The position numbers and the translations under genes were made by a program. Below the pieces are notes generated by a model that was not told where the DNA came from, did not search any database, and saw only the letters and a program-made list of their open reading frames with translations. Shown here piece after piece: positions 1 to 11,570 of a stretch of DNA of 64,000 nucleotides; position 1 is the first letter of the stretch, and each line of letters opens with the position of its first letter. Source of the stretch: Thermodesulfobacteriota bacterium (GTDB lineage: Bacteria; Desulfobacterota_D; UBA1144; Nemesobacterales; Mycalebacteriaceae); contig OZ242184.1 in NCBI GenBank assembly GCA_965205855.1, positions 736,001 to 800,000 of the forward strand, in the 5' to 3' direction.

Positions 1-830
1 TGATGGTCTCCCGATACCGGAATGCAAGTTGGGTGTATCTGCGTAAAACATGGATTTGCGAAAAGCGCGCCTTTTTTATGGCAGCGCCAAGCCGCCGTTA
101 CATTGGAATTTCTTCCGTTTGTGGACAGATAGTAGATGTTGCCGTATCCGCCGGTTGCGAGAACGACCGCATCCGCGGCGTAGGTTTCAATATTGCCATT
201 TATCAGATTCCTGCACACCACTCCGCGCGCTTTTCCGTCAACAACAACAAGGTCAAGCATTTCCCTCATCGGGAAAATGTCTACTCCGCCCTTGTCCGCC
301 TGACGCATAAGGGCGCTGTATGCTCCGATAAGAAGTTGTTGCCCGGTTTGACCGCGCGCATAAAAAGTTCTTGAAACCTGTGCTCCTCCAAAAGAGCGGT
401 TTTCAAGCATCCCTCCGTAGTCTCTGGCAAAAGGCACCCCTTGAGCTACGCACTGATCTATAATTCCAGCACTTATTTCGGCCAGCCTATAAACATTTGC
501 CTCTCTGGACCTGTAGTCTCCACCTTTGATGGTGTCATAGAAAAGACGCCAAACGCTATCTCCGTCATTCTGGTAGTTTTTCGCCGCGTTGATTCCTCCC
601 TGAGCTGCGACGCTGTGAGCTCTTCGTGGGGAATCTTGTATGCAGATGTTTTTTACTTTATATCCCAGCTCAGCAAGTGATGCGGAAGCTGATGCTCCGG
701 CAAGGCCGCTACCTACCACGATAACCTTAAAACCGCGTTTGTTCGCAGGGTTAACAAGCGGAACACCGGACTTGTATTTTGTCCATTTCTCCTCAATATT
801 GCCTTCGGGAATTTTCGCGTTAAGAGACAA
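1..830 (-). CDS. sdhA: Succinate dehydrogenase/fumarate reductase flavoprotein subunit (5' part; runs off the left edge)
   Basis: Not in the ORF track. The minus strand from TTG at 830 reads [20 protein letters not shown]...[21 protein letters not shown]...[20 protein letters not shown] (FAD-binding GxGxxG and covalent-FAD His motif). It lies directly after sdhC. Confidence 0.92.
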   Translation of the reverse strand, partial: MSLNAKIPEGNIEEKWTKYKSGVPLVNPANKRGFKVIVVGSGLAGASASASLAELGYKVKNICIQDSPRRAHSVAAQGGINAAKNYQNDGDSVWRLFYDTIKGGDYRSREANVYRLAEISAGIIDQCVAQGVPFARDYGGMLENRSFGGAQVSRTFYARGQTGQQLLIGAYSALMRQADKGGVDIFPMREMLDLVVVDGKARGVVCRNLINGNIETYAADAVVLATGGYGNIYYLSTNGRNSNVTAAWRCHKKGALFANPCFTQIHPTCIPVSGDH

Positions 831-837
831 CAGCCAC

Positions 838-1512
838 CTACCCTCCCCACCCCGCAATATATATCCATAACGGTATCAGCAAGAAACCCGCGGACAATAT
901 GACAGCCATAAAATAGCCCGTCACGGCCAGGACTGGCATATATTTTTTATTTATGGCTCCAATTGATTGAAATGCGCTCCAGTAACCGTGACGTAGGTGA
1001 AAACCGAGAAAAACCATCACCGCCATGTAGAGAACAACGTTGAGTGGGCTGCGAAAAAATTCATATACCAATCTGTAAAGGTCTCTTGAGATCTCACCGT
1101 TAATTTCAGTTACGTAGCCCTCCGCTATTCCGGGCCCGAATCTGAATGATATGACGTGCCAAACTGCAAAGACTCCAAGCACAACGCCGGTGTAAATCAT
1201 GTTCCTTGAAAAAGCGGGTTTTGTTACCGATGCTTTTCCTCCGGAGTTTGCCACATACTTTTCATTGCGGGCTTTTCTGTTGTTTATTGTAACCGCGACT
1301 GAGCTGATTATGTGCGCCGCGAACAGAACAAGCAATCCTATTTCAATTGCCGTGAGAACCCATCCCAGGTTAAAAAGGAAATGAGCGTAGGAATTAAAAT
1401 GAATAGGGTCTTTGCTGAAAAGAGTAAGGTTGCCCAGCAGATGAAATGTTATGAAAGATATAAGGCCTATGCCGGTGAGTCCGTTGAGGATTTTTTTTGC
1501 AACCGATGACAT
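838..1512 (-). CDS. sdhC: Succinate dehydrogenase cytochrome b subunit (b558 family, 5 TM)
   Basis: [13 protein letters not shown]...HLLGNL...AHI...WHV...FHLRHG (heme-ligand His residues). The start is 1512 or 1536. Confidence 0.9.
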   Translation of the reverse strand: MSSVAKKILNGLTGIGLISFITFHLLGNLTLFSKDPIHFNSYAHFLFNLGWVLTAIEIGLLVLFAAHIISSVAVTINNRKARNEKYVANSGGKASVTKPAFSRNMIYTGVVLGVFAVWHVISFRFGPGIAEGYVTEINGEISRDLYRLVYEFFRSPLNVVLYMAVMVFLGFHLRHGYWSAFQSIGAINKKYMPVLAVTGYFMAVILSAGFLLIPLWIYIAGWGG

Positions 1513-1519
1513 TCTGTTT

Positions 1520-2458
1520 TCAATCCGCAACGGCATCTATTTTATCGCATAACTCTTTTACCCGTGAGGAAGAAAGACGTAACTCTTCGGATTCTTTTTC
1601 TGTGAGTTCTATTTGAACTATCTCTTCCGCCCCTCCCGCGCCGAGTTTAACCGGAAGACCGGCAAAAATTCCGTTAATTCCATACTCTCCCTCTGCAAGC
1701 ACGCAACACGGAAGTATCTGTTTTTTGTCTTTGATTATTGCTTCGGCCATCAGAGCTGCGGAGGCTCCGGGGGCGTAGAAAGCACTTCCCGTTTTTAACA
1801 GCGCAACAATTTCGGCTCCTCCCTTGCGGGTTCTCTCTATGAGCGAGTCTATATTATCCTGCGGAAGAATATCCGTAAGAGGAATACCGGAGACTGTTGT
1901 GTAGCGCGCGAGAGGCACCATATCATCTCCGTGCCCTCCGAGAACAAATGCGTCTATATTTTCAACGGAAACATTAAGCTCGGAAGCTATGAAAGTTTTG
2001 AAGCGTGCGGAATCAAGAACACCCGCCATGCCAATGACGCGCTGTTTGGAGAATCCGCTTGTTTGATAAGCCGTATAGACCATCGCATCAAGTGGGTTTG
2101 TTACGAGAATAAGAATGGCATCGGGAGATTTTTCTGCCACTTGTCTGACGACATTACGAACGATTTTTGTATTTGTGGCAAGAAGGTCATCTCTGCTCAT
2201 GCCGGGCTTTCTGGCAATGCCGGAGGTAATTATTACAATGTCCGACCTCGCGGTTTCTTCGTATCCGTTACTTCCGCAAACCTTTATATTGACTCCCAAC
2301 ACGGCGCACATCTGCATAATATCGAGTGCCTTGCCCTGTGGCATATCATCAATGATGTCAACTATTACCACATCACCAATCTCAAGCTCCGCCACCCTGA
2401 GGGCGCAGGTTGCCCCGACATTGCCACCGCCAATTACGGAAATTTTTGGTCTTGCCAT
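1520..2458 (-). CDS. mdh: Malate dehydrogenase (LDH-like)
   Basis: [47 protein letters not shown] precedes the ATG at 2458. Confidence 0.96.
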   Translation of the reverse strand: MARPKISVIGGGNVGATCALRVAELEIGDVVIVDIIDDMPQGKALDIMQMCAVLGVNIKVCGSNGYEETARSDIVIITSGIARKPGMSRDDLLATNTKIVRNVVRQVAEKSPDAILILVTNPLDAMVYTAYQTSGFSKQRVIGMAGVLDSARFKTFIASELNVSVENIDAFVLGGHGDDMVPLARYTTVSGIPLTDILPQDNIDSLIERTRKGGAEIVALLKTGSAFYAPGASAALMAEAIIKDKKQILPCCVLAEGEYGINGIFAGLPVKLGAGGAEEIVQIELTEKESEELRLSSSRVKELCDKIDAVAD

Positions 2459-2483
2459 ACCAGTAGCCTCTCTTACGGTTTGA

Positions 2484-3863
2484 TCAGTCCATGTTGTCAA
2501 CTATGGACTTTCCGAACTCACTGCATTTCAGAAGGGTCGCGCCATCCATCAGACGCTCAAAGTCATAAGTTACAGTTTTCTTTTCAATTGATTTTGATAT
2601 GCCTTTTTCAATAAGAACCGCGGCTTCATACCAGCCCATGTGCTTGAGCATCATAACTCCCGAAAGGATTACAGAACTCGGGTTCACTTTATCCTGACCG
2701 GCATACTTGGGCGCCGTTCCATGAGTTGCCTCAAAGATTCCGTGACCGGTTTCGTAGTTTATGTTTGCCCCCGGAGCTATGCCAATTCCTCCGACTTGAG
2801 CCGCGAGAGCGTCTGACAGGTAGTCTCCGTTAAGGTTCATCGTTGCTATTACATCAAACTCTTTGGCTCTTGTGAGAACTTGTTGAAGCACTATGTCGGA
2901 AATGGCGTCTCTGACCATCAGTTTGTTTTTGTATTTCCCGTCTCCGTGGGAAGGGTAGATTGAGTTTACAACACCTTCGACTTCGGCACAGAGTTCGTCT
3001 TTTTGCGCCGCAGTCATCATGTCATATCCCGGCTCTATCTTTTTCGCGTTATTCTCAATACTGATTTCCGCACTTCTGTCTTTGTTGTCCAGTATCCAGC
3101 TTTCTCTCTCAGTTATCGTTTCACCGCGAAACTCCGAGGTTGCCACCTCAAAGCCCCAATCTTTAAAAGCGCCCTCGGTGAACTTCATGATATTCCCCTT
3201 GTGAACAAAGCAGACGTTTTTGCGCCCTTCATCCAGAGCATAGCGAATTGCCGCGCGCACAAGGCGAGAGGTTCCCTCTTTTGAAACGGGTTTGATTCCT
3301 ATCCCGGAAGTTTTTGGGAAGCGGATTTTGTCCACTCCCATTTCTTTACACATAAATTCTATAATTTTTTTCACTTCTGGAGTTTCCGCTCTCCATTCAA
3401 TTCCCGCATAGATGTCTTCCGAGTTTTCTCGGAAAATCACCATGTCAACATCTTGAGGCCTCTTAACCGGGCTAGGGACTCCTTCATACCACTTAACCGG
3501 TCGCAGGCAAACGTAGAGATCGAGTATTTGCCTGAGAGCGACATTCAGACTTCTTATGCCGCCGCCGATTGGTGTTGTCAGGGGACCCTTGATTCCCACA
3601 AAGTATTTTTTAAAACTTTCCACTGTTTCTTCGGGAAGCCAGTTTCCAGTTTCGTTGAAGGCTTTTTCTCCGGCGAGTACCTCGGTCCATACAATTTTTT
3701 TCTTACCGCCATAGGCTTTTTCAATAGCCGCGTCAAACACATATTGAGAGGACTTCCAAATGTCGGGACCCGTACCGTCTCCTTCAATAAAAGGAATTAT
3801 GGGGTTGTCGGGAACTTCAAGATGTCCACCCTTTTTTATTTTTATTTGTTGTCCTTCAGACAT
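2484..3863 (-). CDS. icd: Isocitrate dehydrogenase (NADP+), dimeric type
   Basis: [63 protein letters not shown]. Confidence 0.97.
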   Translation of the reverse strand: MSEGQQIKIKKGGHLEVPDNPIIPFIEGDGTGPDIWKSSQYVFDAAIEKAYGGKKKIVWTEVLAGEKAFNETGNWLPEETVESFKKYFVGIKGPLTTPIGGGIRSLNVALRQILDLYVCLRPVKWYEGVPSPVKRPQDVDMVIFRENSEDIYAGIEWRAETPEVKKIIEFMCKEMGVDKIRFPKTSGIGIKPVSKEGTSRLVRAAIRYALDEGRKNVCFVHKGNIMKFTEGAFKDWGFEVATSEFRGETITERESWILDNKDRSAEISIENNAKKIEPGYDMMTAAQKDELCAEVEGVVNSIYPSHGDGKYKNKLMVRDAISDIVLQQVLTRAKEFDVIATMNLNGDYLSDALAAQVGGIGIAPGANINYETGHGIFEATHGTAPKYAGQDKVNPSSVILSGVMMLKHMGWYEAAVLIEKGISKSIEKKTVTYDFERLMDGATLLKCSEFGKSIVDNMD

Positions 3864-3922
3864 TATGTTTTGCTCCTTGCTGTTTCGAAAAGGTTTGAGA
3901 AAGATGAATTTCAGTTGATGGA

Positions 3923-3950
3923 ATAATAATTACGCATTTTCTTTTGTCAA
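3923..3950 (-). promoter_or_regulatory. Putative sigma70 promoter for icd-mdh-sdh
   Basis: Minus strand TTGACA-N16-TATTAT about 60 nt upstream of icd. Confidence 0.55.
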
Positions 3951-4024
3951 ACAACCCGCAGGTTCAAACCGTAATATCGGAGATTGGAATCGGTGTCTCA
4001 ATTCTCCCGACTATCGTCCTCGGT

Positions 4025-6703
4025 TTATATCATCTGTCTCAAGACAGTCTGAAGTATGCCTCCGTCATTGTAGTATTCCACTTCAATCGGGCTGTCTAGG
4101 CGGCAGATTGCGGTAAAGGTTTTCTCGTCCGTTCCGTTGTGATATCCAACCTGAACTTCGGCACCGGGTGAGATTTCATTCGATAATCTGGTTATAGAAA
4201 AAGTTTCAAATCCGGTAAGGGAAAGTGTTTTGGCATTTTCTCCCGACTTGAACTGCAGAGGTAGAACTCCCATCCCAACCAGATTGCTACGATGGATTCT
4301 TTCATAGCTTTCTGCGATTACGCATTCGACCCCCAAAAGAGATGTTCCCTTTGCGGCCCAGTCGCGTGAACTTCCGGTTCCGTATTCTTTTCCCGCGATT
4401 ATTACAAGCGGAGTGGACTCCTTCATATATTGTTCTGCGGCATCGTATATTGCCATCCGTTGCCCCGAAGGTATGTGAATTGTCCACCCTCCTTCAGTGT
4501 CTGGAACCATAAGGTTTCTGATTCTTATATTGGCAAATGTTCCCCTCATCATAACTTCGTGATTTCCACGCCGTGCGCCGAAACTGTTGAAGTCTTCCCG
4601 CCGAACTCCCTTGGATATGAGATGTTTTCCCGCGGGCCCGTCGGGCTGTATAACGCCGGCGGGTGAAATATGGTCTGTTGTTACCGAGTCTCCAAGAACG
4701 GCAAGGGCTCTTGCCCCTTCTATTTTTTCGGCACGGTTGCCGCCTCCCGCTCCGTTGGGCGAAAAATCTTTAAAGAAAGGCGGATTCTGTATGTATGTGG
4801 AATTTTCGTTCCAATCGAAAAGAGGTTTTTGCGGCGCGGAAAGTTCCGACCACATCTCGTCTCCATCAAAAACTTTGGAGTATTGCCGTCTGAACATTTC
4901 CGGACTCACGGCTTGCAGGATAGTTGAGTTTATCTCGTCCTGGCAGGGCCAGACATCTTTCAGATAAACATCATTGCCGTTTTTGTCTTTTCCGAGCGGC
5001 GAGGAGAGGATGTCTTTGTTTATGTTTCCCGCAAGAGCAAAAGCGACCACAAGCGGCGGGGACGCAAGATATGAGAATTTAACAAGGGGGTGAATCCTGC
5101 CCTGAAAGTTTCTGTTTCCGCTCAGAACGGCCGCGCAGGTGAGGTTTCCCTTTTTAATTCCTTCCCCAACAGTTTCGGGAAGCGGTCCGCTGTTTCCGAT
5201 GCAGGTTGTGCAACCGTATCCGACAAGATTGAAGCCCAACGTTTCAAGGGGGTCGAGAAGTCCTGCGGCAGAAAGGTAATCCGTAACAACTCTGGAGCCG
5301 GGAGCGAGGCTTGTTTTTACATAAGGTTTTACGCAAAGACCCTTTTCAACGGCTTTACGGGCAAGAAGTCCCGCGGCTAGCATAACGGACGGATTGGAGG
5401 TGTTTGTGCAGCTTGTAATGGCCGCGATAACAACCGACCCGTCCCCTATTTCATGACTCTCCTGTTCCATTTCAATCCGGACTTTGCCAGTGCTTGAGCC
5501 GTCGGTTTTTTCTTTCAGGCTTTTCTCATAAGAAAGCTTTAGATTTGTAAGCGGAACCCTGTCCTGAGGCCTGTCTGGCCCGGCAACCGAGGGCACAACC
5601 GTTGAAATGTCAAGTTCAATTATGTCGGTGTATTTGGGGGATTCTTCTCCCGGTTTTCTGAAAAGAGCCTGCTCAATAGCGTATTTTTCAACCAGCTTGC
5701 ACCTGTCGCCCCTTCCGGTTGAGTCCATATAACGCAAAGTTTCCGAATCGGTTGGAAAAAATCCCATGGTTGCTCCGTATTCGGGAGCCATGTTTGCTAT
5801 GGTTGCCCTGTCGGAAAGTGACAGTGTTGAGAGTCCGTCTCCGTAAAATTCCACGAATTTTCCGACAACTCCTTTTTCTCTTAACATTTCCGTTACCGTA
5901 AGAACCACATCGGTTGCGGTGATGCCATCGGAAGGCTGTCCGGTAACCTTGAATCCTATTACTTCTGGTACCAGCATATACAGGGGTTGTCCGAGCATGC
6001 AGGCTTCCGCTTCTATTCCTCCTACTCCCCAACCGACTACACTCAGTCCGTTTATCATTGTCGTGTGAGAATCGGTTCCTACAAGGGTGTCGGGATACGC
6101 GACCGTCTTTCCGTCATTTTCCGATGAAGCGACAACGCTTGCCAGGCACTCAAGGTTGACCTGATGTACTATTCCGGTGCCAGGGGGAACGACTCTGAAA
6201 TTGTTAAAAGAGTTCTGAGCCCATTTTAGAAACTGATAACGTTCCCTGTTTCTTTTGTATTCCAATTCAACATTTTTTGAAAAAGACTTTTTCGTCGAGA
6301 AAAAATCAACCTGTATGGAATGGTCGATTACCAAATCAACCGGAATCACGGGGTTGATGCGCAAATAGTCTGCCCCTTCAATCCCGCCGACGGCGGAGCG
6401 CATAGAGGCAAGGTCGGCAACGCACGGGACGCCGGTAAAATCCTGAAGAATGACCCTTGCCGGTTTATAGGGTATCTCCTGTGTTGACTTTCCGCCTTTC
6501 CAGTTTGCAAGAGCGCACACATGTTCCTCCGTAACCGTTTTTCCGTCGTAGTTTCTGAGAGCATTTTCCAAAAGGATTTTTATGGAAAAAGGGAGTTTGG
6601 AAATATCTGTTTTTAGATTTTTTTCAAGATTAGCAAGGGAGTATATGGAGTAATTTTCCCCTCCCACCTTTATTTCTTTCAGAGTGGTGAATTTGTCTTG
6701 CAT
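4025..6703 (-). CDS. acnA: Aconitate hydratase A
   Basis: QDFTGVP, DHS, GTDSHTTM, AAITSCTNTSNP, GYGCTTCIGNSG, TTDHISPAG, GSSRDWAAKG. Confidence 0.97.
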   Translation of the reverse strand: MQDKFTTLKEIKVGGENYSIYSLANLEKNLKTDISKLPFSIKILLENALRNYDGKTVTEEHVCALANWKGGKSTQEIPYKPARVILQDFTGVPCVADLASMRSAVGGIEGADYLRINPVIPVDLVIDHSIQVDFFSTKKSFSKNVELEYKRNRERYQFLKWAQNSFNNFRVVPPGTGIVHQVNLECLASVVASSENDGKTVAYPDTLVGTDSHTTMINGLSVVGWGVGGIEAEACMLGQPLYMLVPEVIGFKVTGQPSDGITATDVVLTVTEMLREKGVVGKFVEFYGDGLSTLSLSDRATIANMAPEYGATMGFFPTDSETLRYMDSTGRGDRCKLVEKYAIEQALFRKPGEESPKYTDIIELDISTVVPSVAGPDRPQDRVPLTNLKLSYEKSLKEKTDGSSTGKVRIEMEQESHEIGDGSVVIAAITSCTNTSNPSVMLAAGLLARKAVEKGLCVKPYVKTSLAPGSRVVTDYLSAAGLLDPLETLGFNLVGYGCTTCIGNSGPLPETVGEGIKKGNLTCAAVLSGNRNFQGRIHPLVKFSYLASPPLVVAFALAGNINKDILSSPLGKDKNGNDVYLKDVWPCQDEINSTILQAVSPEMFRRQYSKVFDGDEMWSELSAPQKPLFDWNENSTYIQNPPFFKDFSPNGAGGGNRAEKIEGARALAVLGDSVTTDHISPAGVIQPDGPAGKHLISKGVRREDFNSFGARRGNHEVMMRGTFANIRIRNLMVPDTEGGWTIHIPSGQRMAIYDAAEQYMKESTPLVIIAGKEYGTGSSRDWAAKGTSLLGVECVIAESYERIHRSNLVGMGVLPLQFKSGENAKTLSLTGFETFSITRLSNEISPGAEVQVGYHNGTDEKTFTAICRLDSPIEVEYYNDGGILQTVLRQMI

Positions 6704-6753
6704 TTTTATTTTTCCTTTTTTACTTGGATTATCCCTTACTGGCGGTTCCGGCC

Positions 6754-7986
6754 CTAATCAACTCGCCTAAGAACAATTGAGGAGTTTGTGCCGCCGAATC
6801 CGTACGAATTTGTAATAATAGTTTTCAATTTCGCTTCACGCGCCTCACCCGGCACGTAATCAAGGTCGCATTCGGGGTCTTTATTTAAAAGATTAATGGT
6901 TGGCGGTATCACCGAGTGTTTAATTGCCAGAGAGCAAAGTGAAGCTTCTACCGTTCCGGTCGCTCCAAGCATATGTCCGGTCATTGATTTTGTTGAGCTT
7001 ACAGGAATGTCATACGCACCGTTTCCGAAAACATTTTTTATCGCGGCGGTTTCATTTGAGTCATTAAGCTTTGTGGAGGTGCCGTGCGCGTTGATATAGT
7101 CAATATCTTCGGGATTGACGCCAGAATTTCGAAGTGCCATTTCCATGCATCTCACAGGCCCTTCAAGTGACGGAGCCGTTATGTGGTATGCGTCCGCGCT
7201 CATTCCAGACCCCAGCACTTCCGCATATATGTTTGCTCCGCGCGCCTTTGCGAATTCAAACTCCTCCATAATTACTATTCCGGCGCCTTCGGCGAGAATA
7301 AAACCGTCTCTGTCTCTGTCGAAAGGTCTTGATGCGGCCTCGGGATCGTCATTTCGGGTTGAGAGCGCTTTTATAACATTGAATCCGGCAATGGTAAGAG
7401 GAACAAGCGGGGCTTCGCTTCCACCCGCTATCATGGCGTCTGCGTCTCCGTTCTTAATCAGCATTGCCGCAAGAGACAGAGAATGACTGCTTGCCGCGCA
7501 TGCCGTTGTGGTGCTACAGTTGGGTCCGCGTGCGTTGAATCTTATTGAGACATATCCGGCCGCCATGTTTGTTACCACATTGGGAATGAAAAACGGTGAA
7601 ACCCTTTTGGGACCTTTATCGTCAAGAATCCGAACCATATCGCAGTACGTTTCCGTTCCGCCAATTCCCGATGCGATTATGACACCGACTCTTGGTGACA
7701 GATCGTCATTGATTTTAAGACCTGAATCTTCAATGGCCAAATGGGTTGCCGCAACCGCGTAGTGGATGAATGCATCATCCCTGCGCGCTTCGCGTTCGGT
7801 CATAAAATCTTCGGGACGGAAGTTTTTTACCTCTCCCGCTATCCGGGTTTTATGGTTTGAAGTGTCAAACCTGCTTATTTCACCAACGCCGCTTTTACCG
7901 GTGCAGATACCTTCCCAGGTTTCCTTGTGACCGATGCCGAGAGGAGTTAGAAGACCGATTCCGGTAATGACGACTCTACGCGTCAT
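6754..7986 (-). CDS. fabF: 3-oxoacyl-ACP synthase II
   Basis: [16 protein letters not shown] (catalytic Cys), [26 protein letters not shown]. Confidence 0.96.
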   Translation of the reverse strand: MTRRVVITGIGLLTPLGIGHKETWEGICTGKSGVGEISRFDTSNHKTRIAGEVKNFRPEDFMTEREARRDDAFIHYAVAATHLAIEDSGLKINDDLSPRVGVIIASGIGGTETYCDMVRILDDKGPKRVSPFFIPNVVTNMAAGYVSIRFNARGPNCSTTTACAASSHSLSLAAMLIKNGDADAMIAGGSEAPLVPLTIAGFNVIKALSTRNDDPEAASRPFDRDRDGFILAEGAGIVIMEEFEFAKARGANIYAEVLGSGMSADAYHITAPSLEGPVRCMEMALRNSGVNPEDIDYINAHGTSTKLNDSNETAAIKNVFGNGAYDIPVSSTKSMTGHMLGATGTVEASLCSLAIKHSVIPPTINLLNKDPECDLDYVPGEAREAKLKTIITNSYGFGGTNSSIVLRRVD

Positions 7987-8236
7987 CTCCTTGCTTCTCC
8001 TTTATAAAACCAACTGCGTCTTGAACGGTAATGATTTTTTCGACATCTTCGTCCAGAACTTCAATTCCGAACTCGTCTTCTATCGACATTATCAGTTCAA
8101 CCAGATCAAGAGAATCAGCTCCCAAATCGTCAATGAAAGACAACTCGGGTTCTATTTCTTCGACAGGTTTGCCAAATTGCTGGGCTATCATCCCTTTAAC
8201 TTTGCCAACAATTTCCGTTTCTTTTTGCTGAGACAT
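7976..8236 (-). CDS. acpP: Acyl carrier protein
   Basis: [12 protein letters not shown] phosphopantetheine site; located in the fab operon. Confidence 0.97.
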   Translation of the reverse strand: MSQQKETEIVGKVKGMIAQQFGKPVEEIEPELSFIDDLGADSLDLVELIMSIEDEFGIEVLDEDVEKIITVQDAVGFIKEKQGDDA

Positions 8237-8280
8237 TGAATGTCCTCCTTATGTTTTTTATTTTTTATATCTTTTACAGG

Positions 8281-9033
8281 TTAAATGTAAAGACCGCCGT
8301 TTACTTTTATAACCTCTCCCGTTATGTAAGAAGCTTTTTCCGATGCCAGGAAAGCAACAACGCCGGAAATATCTTCAACCTTGCCATACCTGCCAAGCGG
8401 TATTGATCCAAGATATATGCGTTTCATATCTTCTGGGATATGAGCCGTGATGTCGGTTTCCACAAATCCCGGGCTTATTGCGTTCACTGTTACTCCACGG
8501 GATGCAAACTCCTTTGCCGCCGATTTTGTGAAGCCAATTATACCCGCCTTTGCGGAAGAATAGTTTATTTGACCGGGATTTCCCATATCGCCCACCACAG
8601 ATGTTATGTTGATTATCCTTCCGTATTTTTCTTTCAGCATATTTCTTGCCACTGCTTTTGTACAGTTAAAAACCCCTTTCAGGTTTATATTGACAACGTT
8701 GTCCCAGTCCTTTTCGGTCATTCTGACAAACAGTTTGTCTTCTGTGATTCCGGCATTGTTGACAAGTATTTGAATCCCGTTTTTTTCAACAAAGGGTTTG
8801 AGGTTTTTGTTAACCTCTTTGTAATCGGAAACATCAAAACGAACGGTTTTACCGTTGCCTCCGTTCTGTTTTATATGCTCAAGTGTTTCCTGGGCGCACT
8901 CGGAGTTTGAAGTGTAGTTCACTATTACGTAGCAACCTTGCGATGCAAGATCCATTGCGGTCTGCCTGCCTATTCCTCTTGACGCTCCGGTAACAAGGGC
9001 GGTTTTGCCCTTGAGTTTTTCTTCAAAACTCAT
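8281..9033 (-). CDS. fabG: 3-oxoacyl-ACP reductase
   Basis: TGASRGIG, NNAGIT, YSSAK, NAISPGF; fab context. Confidence 0.96.
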   Translation of the reverse strand: MSFEEKLKGKTALVTGASRGIGRQTAMDLASQGCYVIVNYTSNSECAQETLEHIKQNGGNGKTVRFDVSDYKEVNKNLKPFVEKNGIQILVNNAGITEDKLFVRMTEKDWDNVVNINLKGVFNCTKAVARNMLKEKYGRIINITSVVGDMGNPGQINYSSAKAGIIGFTKSAAKEFASRGVTVNAISPGFVETDITAHIPEDMKRIYLGSIPLGRYGKVEDISGVVAFLASEKASYITGEVIKVNGGLYI

Positions 9034-9037
9034 CTTA

Positions 9038-9970
9038 TTAAATCTTATGCAAATGCTCAGTCATTTCAAGACTTGTGGTTTCCACATCTTTGACGGTTCT
9101 CCTTATGAGTCCGCAGAGCACTTTTCCGGGACCTATTTCAATAAATCTACCGACTCCCATGTTCTTCATATATTCCACTGACTCACACCATTTGACCGGA
9201 TTTGTTATTTGCTCCAGCAATAATTTTTTCACTCTTTCCGGCTCTGTGTTACGAGTTGCCTCAAGGTTGGTGACAACAGGCACGTTGATGGGGGATATTT
9301 CTATATTCTCAAGAATTTCGGTGAGTTTTTCAGCCGCTGGGCGCATCAGGGAGCAATGGAAGGGAGCGCTCACTTTTAACGCTATGGCTTTCTTTGCTCC
9401 GCTCTCAAGCGCGGATTGCGAAGCGTTTTTCACGGCATGGGCGTGTCCTGATATGACCGTCTGTTCGGGTGAATTATAGTTTGCGGGTGAAACATGCCCC
9501 CCGTTAACGGAGCAATTTACGCATATGTTTCCAACTTCTTCTTTTCCCAGACCTATTATTGCCGCCATTGCTCCTCCGCCGGAGGGAGCTGCTTTCTGCA
9601 TTAGCTCCCCTCTTTTTCTGACAGTTCTCAACGCATCCGCAAATTCAATCGCCCCCGTCGCGACAAGGGCTGAGTATTCCCCAAGACTGTGCCCCGCGAC
9701 AAATTCTGGCGCAATGCCAGTTTCCTTTCTCATGACATATAGGGCCGCGATACTGGCTGTCAGAATGGCGGGCTGCGCATTGGCGGTCAGACTCAGGGTT
9801 TCTTCATCGGAGTTAAAGCAAAGGTCTGCCATGTCTTCGCCCAAAGTATCGCTTGCCTGTTCAAAAACCGAGCGTGCTTCGGGAAAGTTATCGTGGAAAT
9901 CCTTTCCCATTCCGACATTTTGCGACCCTTGACCGGGAAAAACGAACGCTATCATTTTAATTTGATTCAC
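9038..9970 (-). CDS. fabD: Malonyl-CoA:ACP transacylase
   Basis: FPGQGSQ, AQPAI, GHSLGEY, VSAPFH. Confidence 0.96.
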   Translation of the reverse strand: MNQIKMIAFVFPGQGSQNVGMGKDFHDNFPEARSVFEQASDTLGEDMADLCFNSDEETLSLTANAQPAILTASIAALYVMRKETGIAPEFVAGHSLGEYSALVATGAIEFADALRTVRKRGELMQKAAPSGGGAMAAIIGLGKEEVGNICVNCSVNGGHVSPANYNSPEQTVISGHAHAVKNASQSALESGAKKAIALKVSAPFHCSLMRPAAEKLTEILENIEISPINVPVVTNLEATRNTEPERVKKLLLEQITNPVKWCESVEYMKNMGVGRFIEIGPGKVLCGLIRRTVKDVETTSLEMTEHLHKI

Positions 9971-9984
9971 TCCGAAACGGATGA

Positions 9985-10182
9985 CTATTCATCCGCTTCT
10001 CCGGATTCATTTCCTCTTAAAAAGTTTCTTCCTTTGTAATGACCGCAGTGCGGACATGCCCTGTGAGGATGCATTTTTTCATTGCATTCGGGGCACTTTG
10101 AAGACGCGGGATTTGCCGCTTTGTAATGGGTTCTTCTTTTCCTGGATTTGGAAGTTGAAGTTTTTCTTTTTGGAACTGCCAT
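9985..10182 (-). CDS. rpmF: 50S ribosomal protein L32 (Zn-ribbon form)
   Basis: MAVPKRKTSTSKSRKRRTH...CPEC...HRACPHCGHYKG. Confidence 0.97.
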   Translation of the reverse strand: MAVPKRKTSTSKSRKRRTHYKAANPASSKCPECNEKMHPHRACPHCGHYKGRNFLRGNESGEADE

Positions 10183-10208
10183 CGTTTTCTCCTTTTTCTT
10201 GCCGACTT

Positions 10209-10685
10209 TTAAGACAAATTAAGTTGTTTCAATACCTCAAACTTGGAGTCCATTTTTTGTTTTGGACACGCACAAGGTTTTTCGTTCAAATCCGCTCCGC
10301 AATCGGAACAAAGCCCTTTGCAATTGCCTTTGCAAATAAGCCTTTCCGGCATTGCTATTGCGACCTGCTCTTTCATATCATCGGAAACATCTATGATGTT
10401 TTCTTTTTCGGGCAGAGGGATAAAAGCGTCAATATTGTGTTTGATTTTGCTTTGCGCGGGTTTCAGGCATCTTGAACACGGTTCAAGAAGCTCGAAAGAC
10501 AATTTGCCCACAATCCATAGTTGCTCGTCTACCTTTTTGACGCCAACGCTGAAAAAAACCGGCGATACGAGTTTTACTTTGCCTTTGTCATCGGTTATTT
10601 CACTTATGTTGGTCAACCATGGAGAGTTTTTTGAGACTTCAAAAAACAGGCGCTCATCTCCGATTTCTTCTTTTCTGAAAATCAT
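10209..10685 (-). CDS. yceD: YceD/DUF177 family protein
   Basis: PCSRCL and CKGNCKGLCSDCGADLN motifs; directly upstream of rpmF. Confidence 0.88.
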   Translation of the reverse strand: MIFRKEEIGDERLFFEVSKNSPWLTNISEITDDKGKVKLVSPVFFSVGVKKVDEQLWIVGKLSFELLEPCSRCLKPAQSKIKHNIDAFIPLPEKENIIDVSDDMKEQVAIAMPERLICKGNCKGLCSDCGADLNEKPCACPKQKMDSKFEVLKQLNLS

Positions 10686-10764
10686 CCGTTTGTCACGAGG
10701 GTTTTAAGGATAGAGTCAAATATAAATACTGGCGTGTCTTTTGCAAATCCGCCTTTGTTTTCTT

Positions 10765-11565
10765 TTAAGACGCTTTGAACGGGTCTTTTTTCTCCGTTAT
10801 GGAAGAAGCACTGGCCTTATTGTCGCCTCTGTTTTCCAGAAACGGCTTCAAAAGCTCAAGTGGCAAAGGCAGGATTATCGTTGAATTTCTCTCGGAGGGG
10901 AGGTCTGAAAGAGCTTGAAGGAACCTCAGTTGAAGAGATGCCGGGTTTCTTGAGAGGATGTCCGATGCTTCGGATATTTTCTGAGATGCTTGAAATTCTC
11001 CTTCTGCATTGATTACCCGCGCCCTTCTTTCTCTTTCAGCTTCGGCTTGCTTGGCCATTGCTCTCTGCATTTCCTGAGGCAGGTCAACATGCTTAACCTC
11101 AACAAGAGTAACTTTTATTCCCCACTCGTCGGTCTGAGCGTCAAGAACTTCCTGGAGTTTCAAGTTGAGCTCTTCTCTTTCAGTTAACAAATCATCCAAT
11201 TCAACTTGTCCGAGGACGCTTCTGAGAGTTGTCTGCGCAAGCTGCGAGGTAGCGTAATAATAGTTTTCCACTTTGACAATTGTGTTAACGGGATTAACCA
11301 CCCTGAAATATAAAACCGCGTTCACCTTGACAGACACGTTGTCTTTTGTGATTACGTCTTGCGGCGGAACGTCCATCGCTATTGTGCGAAGACTAATCCT
11401 CGTTAGTTTGTCAACAAAAGGAATTATCCATACAAACCCGGGGCCTTTGGTTCCAATAACACGTCCAAGACGCATGACAACGCCTCTTTCGTATTCCTTG
11501 AGTATCTTCGCTCCGGACATTATGAGCAGAAAAGCAATTATTATAAGAATGGTTATTGAAGACAT
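10765..11565 (-). CDS. SPFH/stomatin-like (slipin) membrane protein
   Basis: [48 protein letters not shown]. Confidence 0.93.
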   Translation of the reverse strand: MSSITILIIIAFLLIMSGAKILKEYERGVVMRLGRVIGTKGPGFVWIIPFVDKLTRISLRTIAMDVPPQDVITKDNVSVKVNAVLYFRVVNPVNTIVKVENYYYATSQLAQTTLRSVLGQVELDDLLTEREELNLKLQEVLDAQTDEWGIKVTLVEVKHVDLPQEMQRAMAKQAEAERERRARVINAEGEFQASQKISEASDILSRNPASLQLRFLQALSDLPSERNSTIILPLPLELLKPFLENRGDNKASASSITEKKDPFKAS

Positions 11566-11570
11566 TAGGT

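Noticed and set aside
1931-2614. 227-aa plus-strand ORF and similar short alternative-frame ORFs throughout the window
   Set aside because: They are shadows of well-supported genes (mdh/icd and others) with no motifs or RBS.
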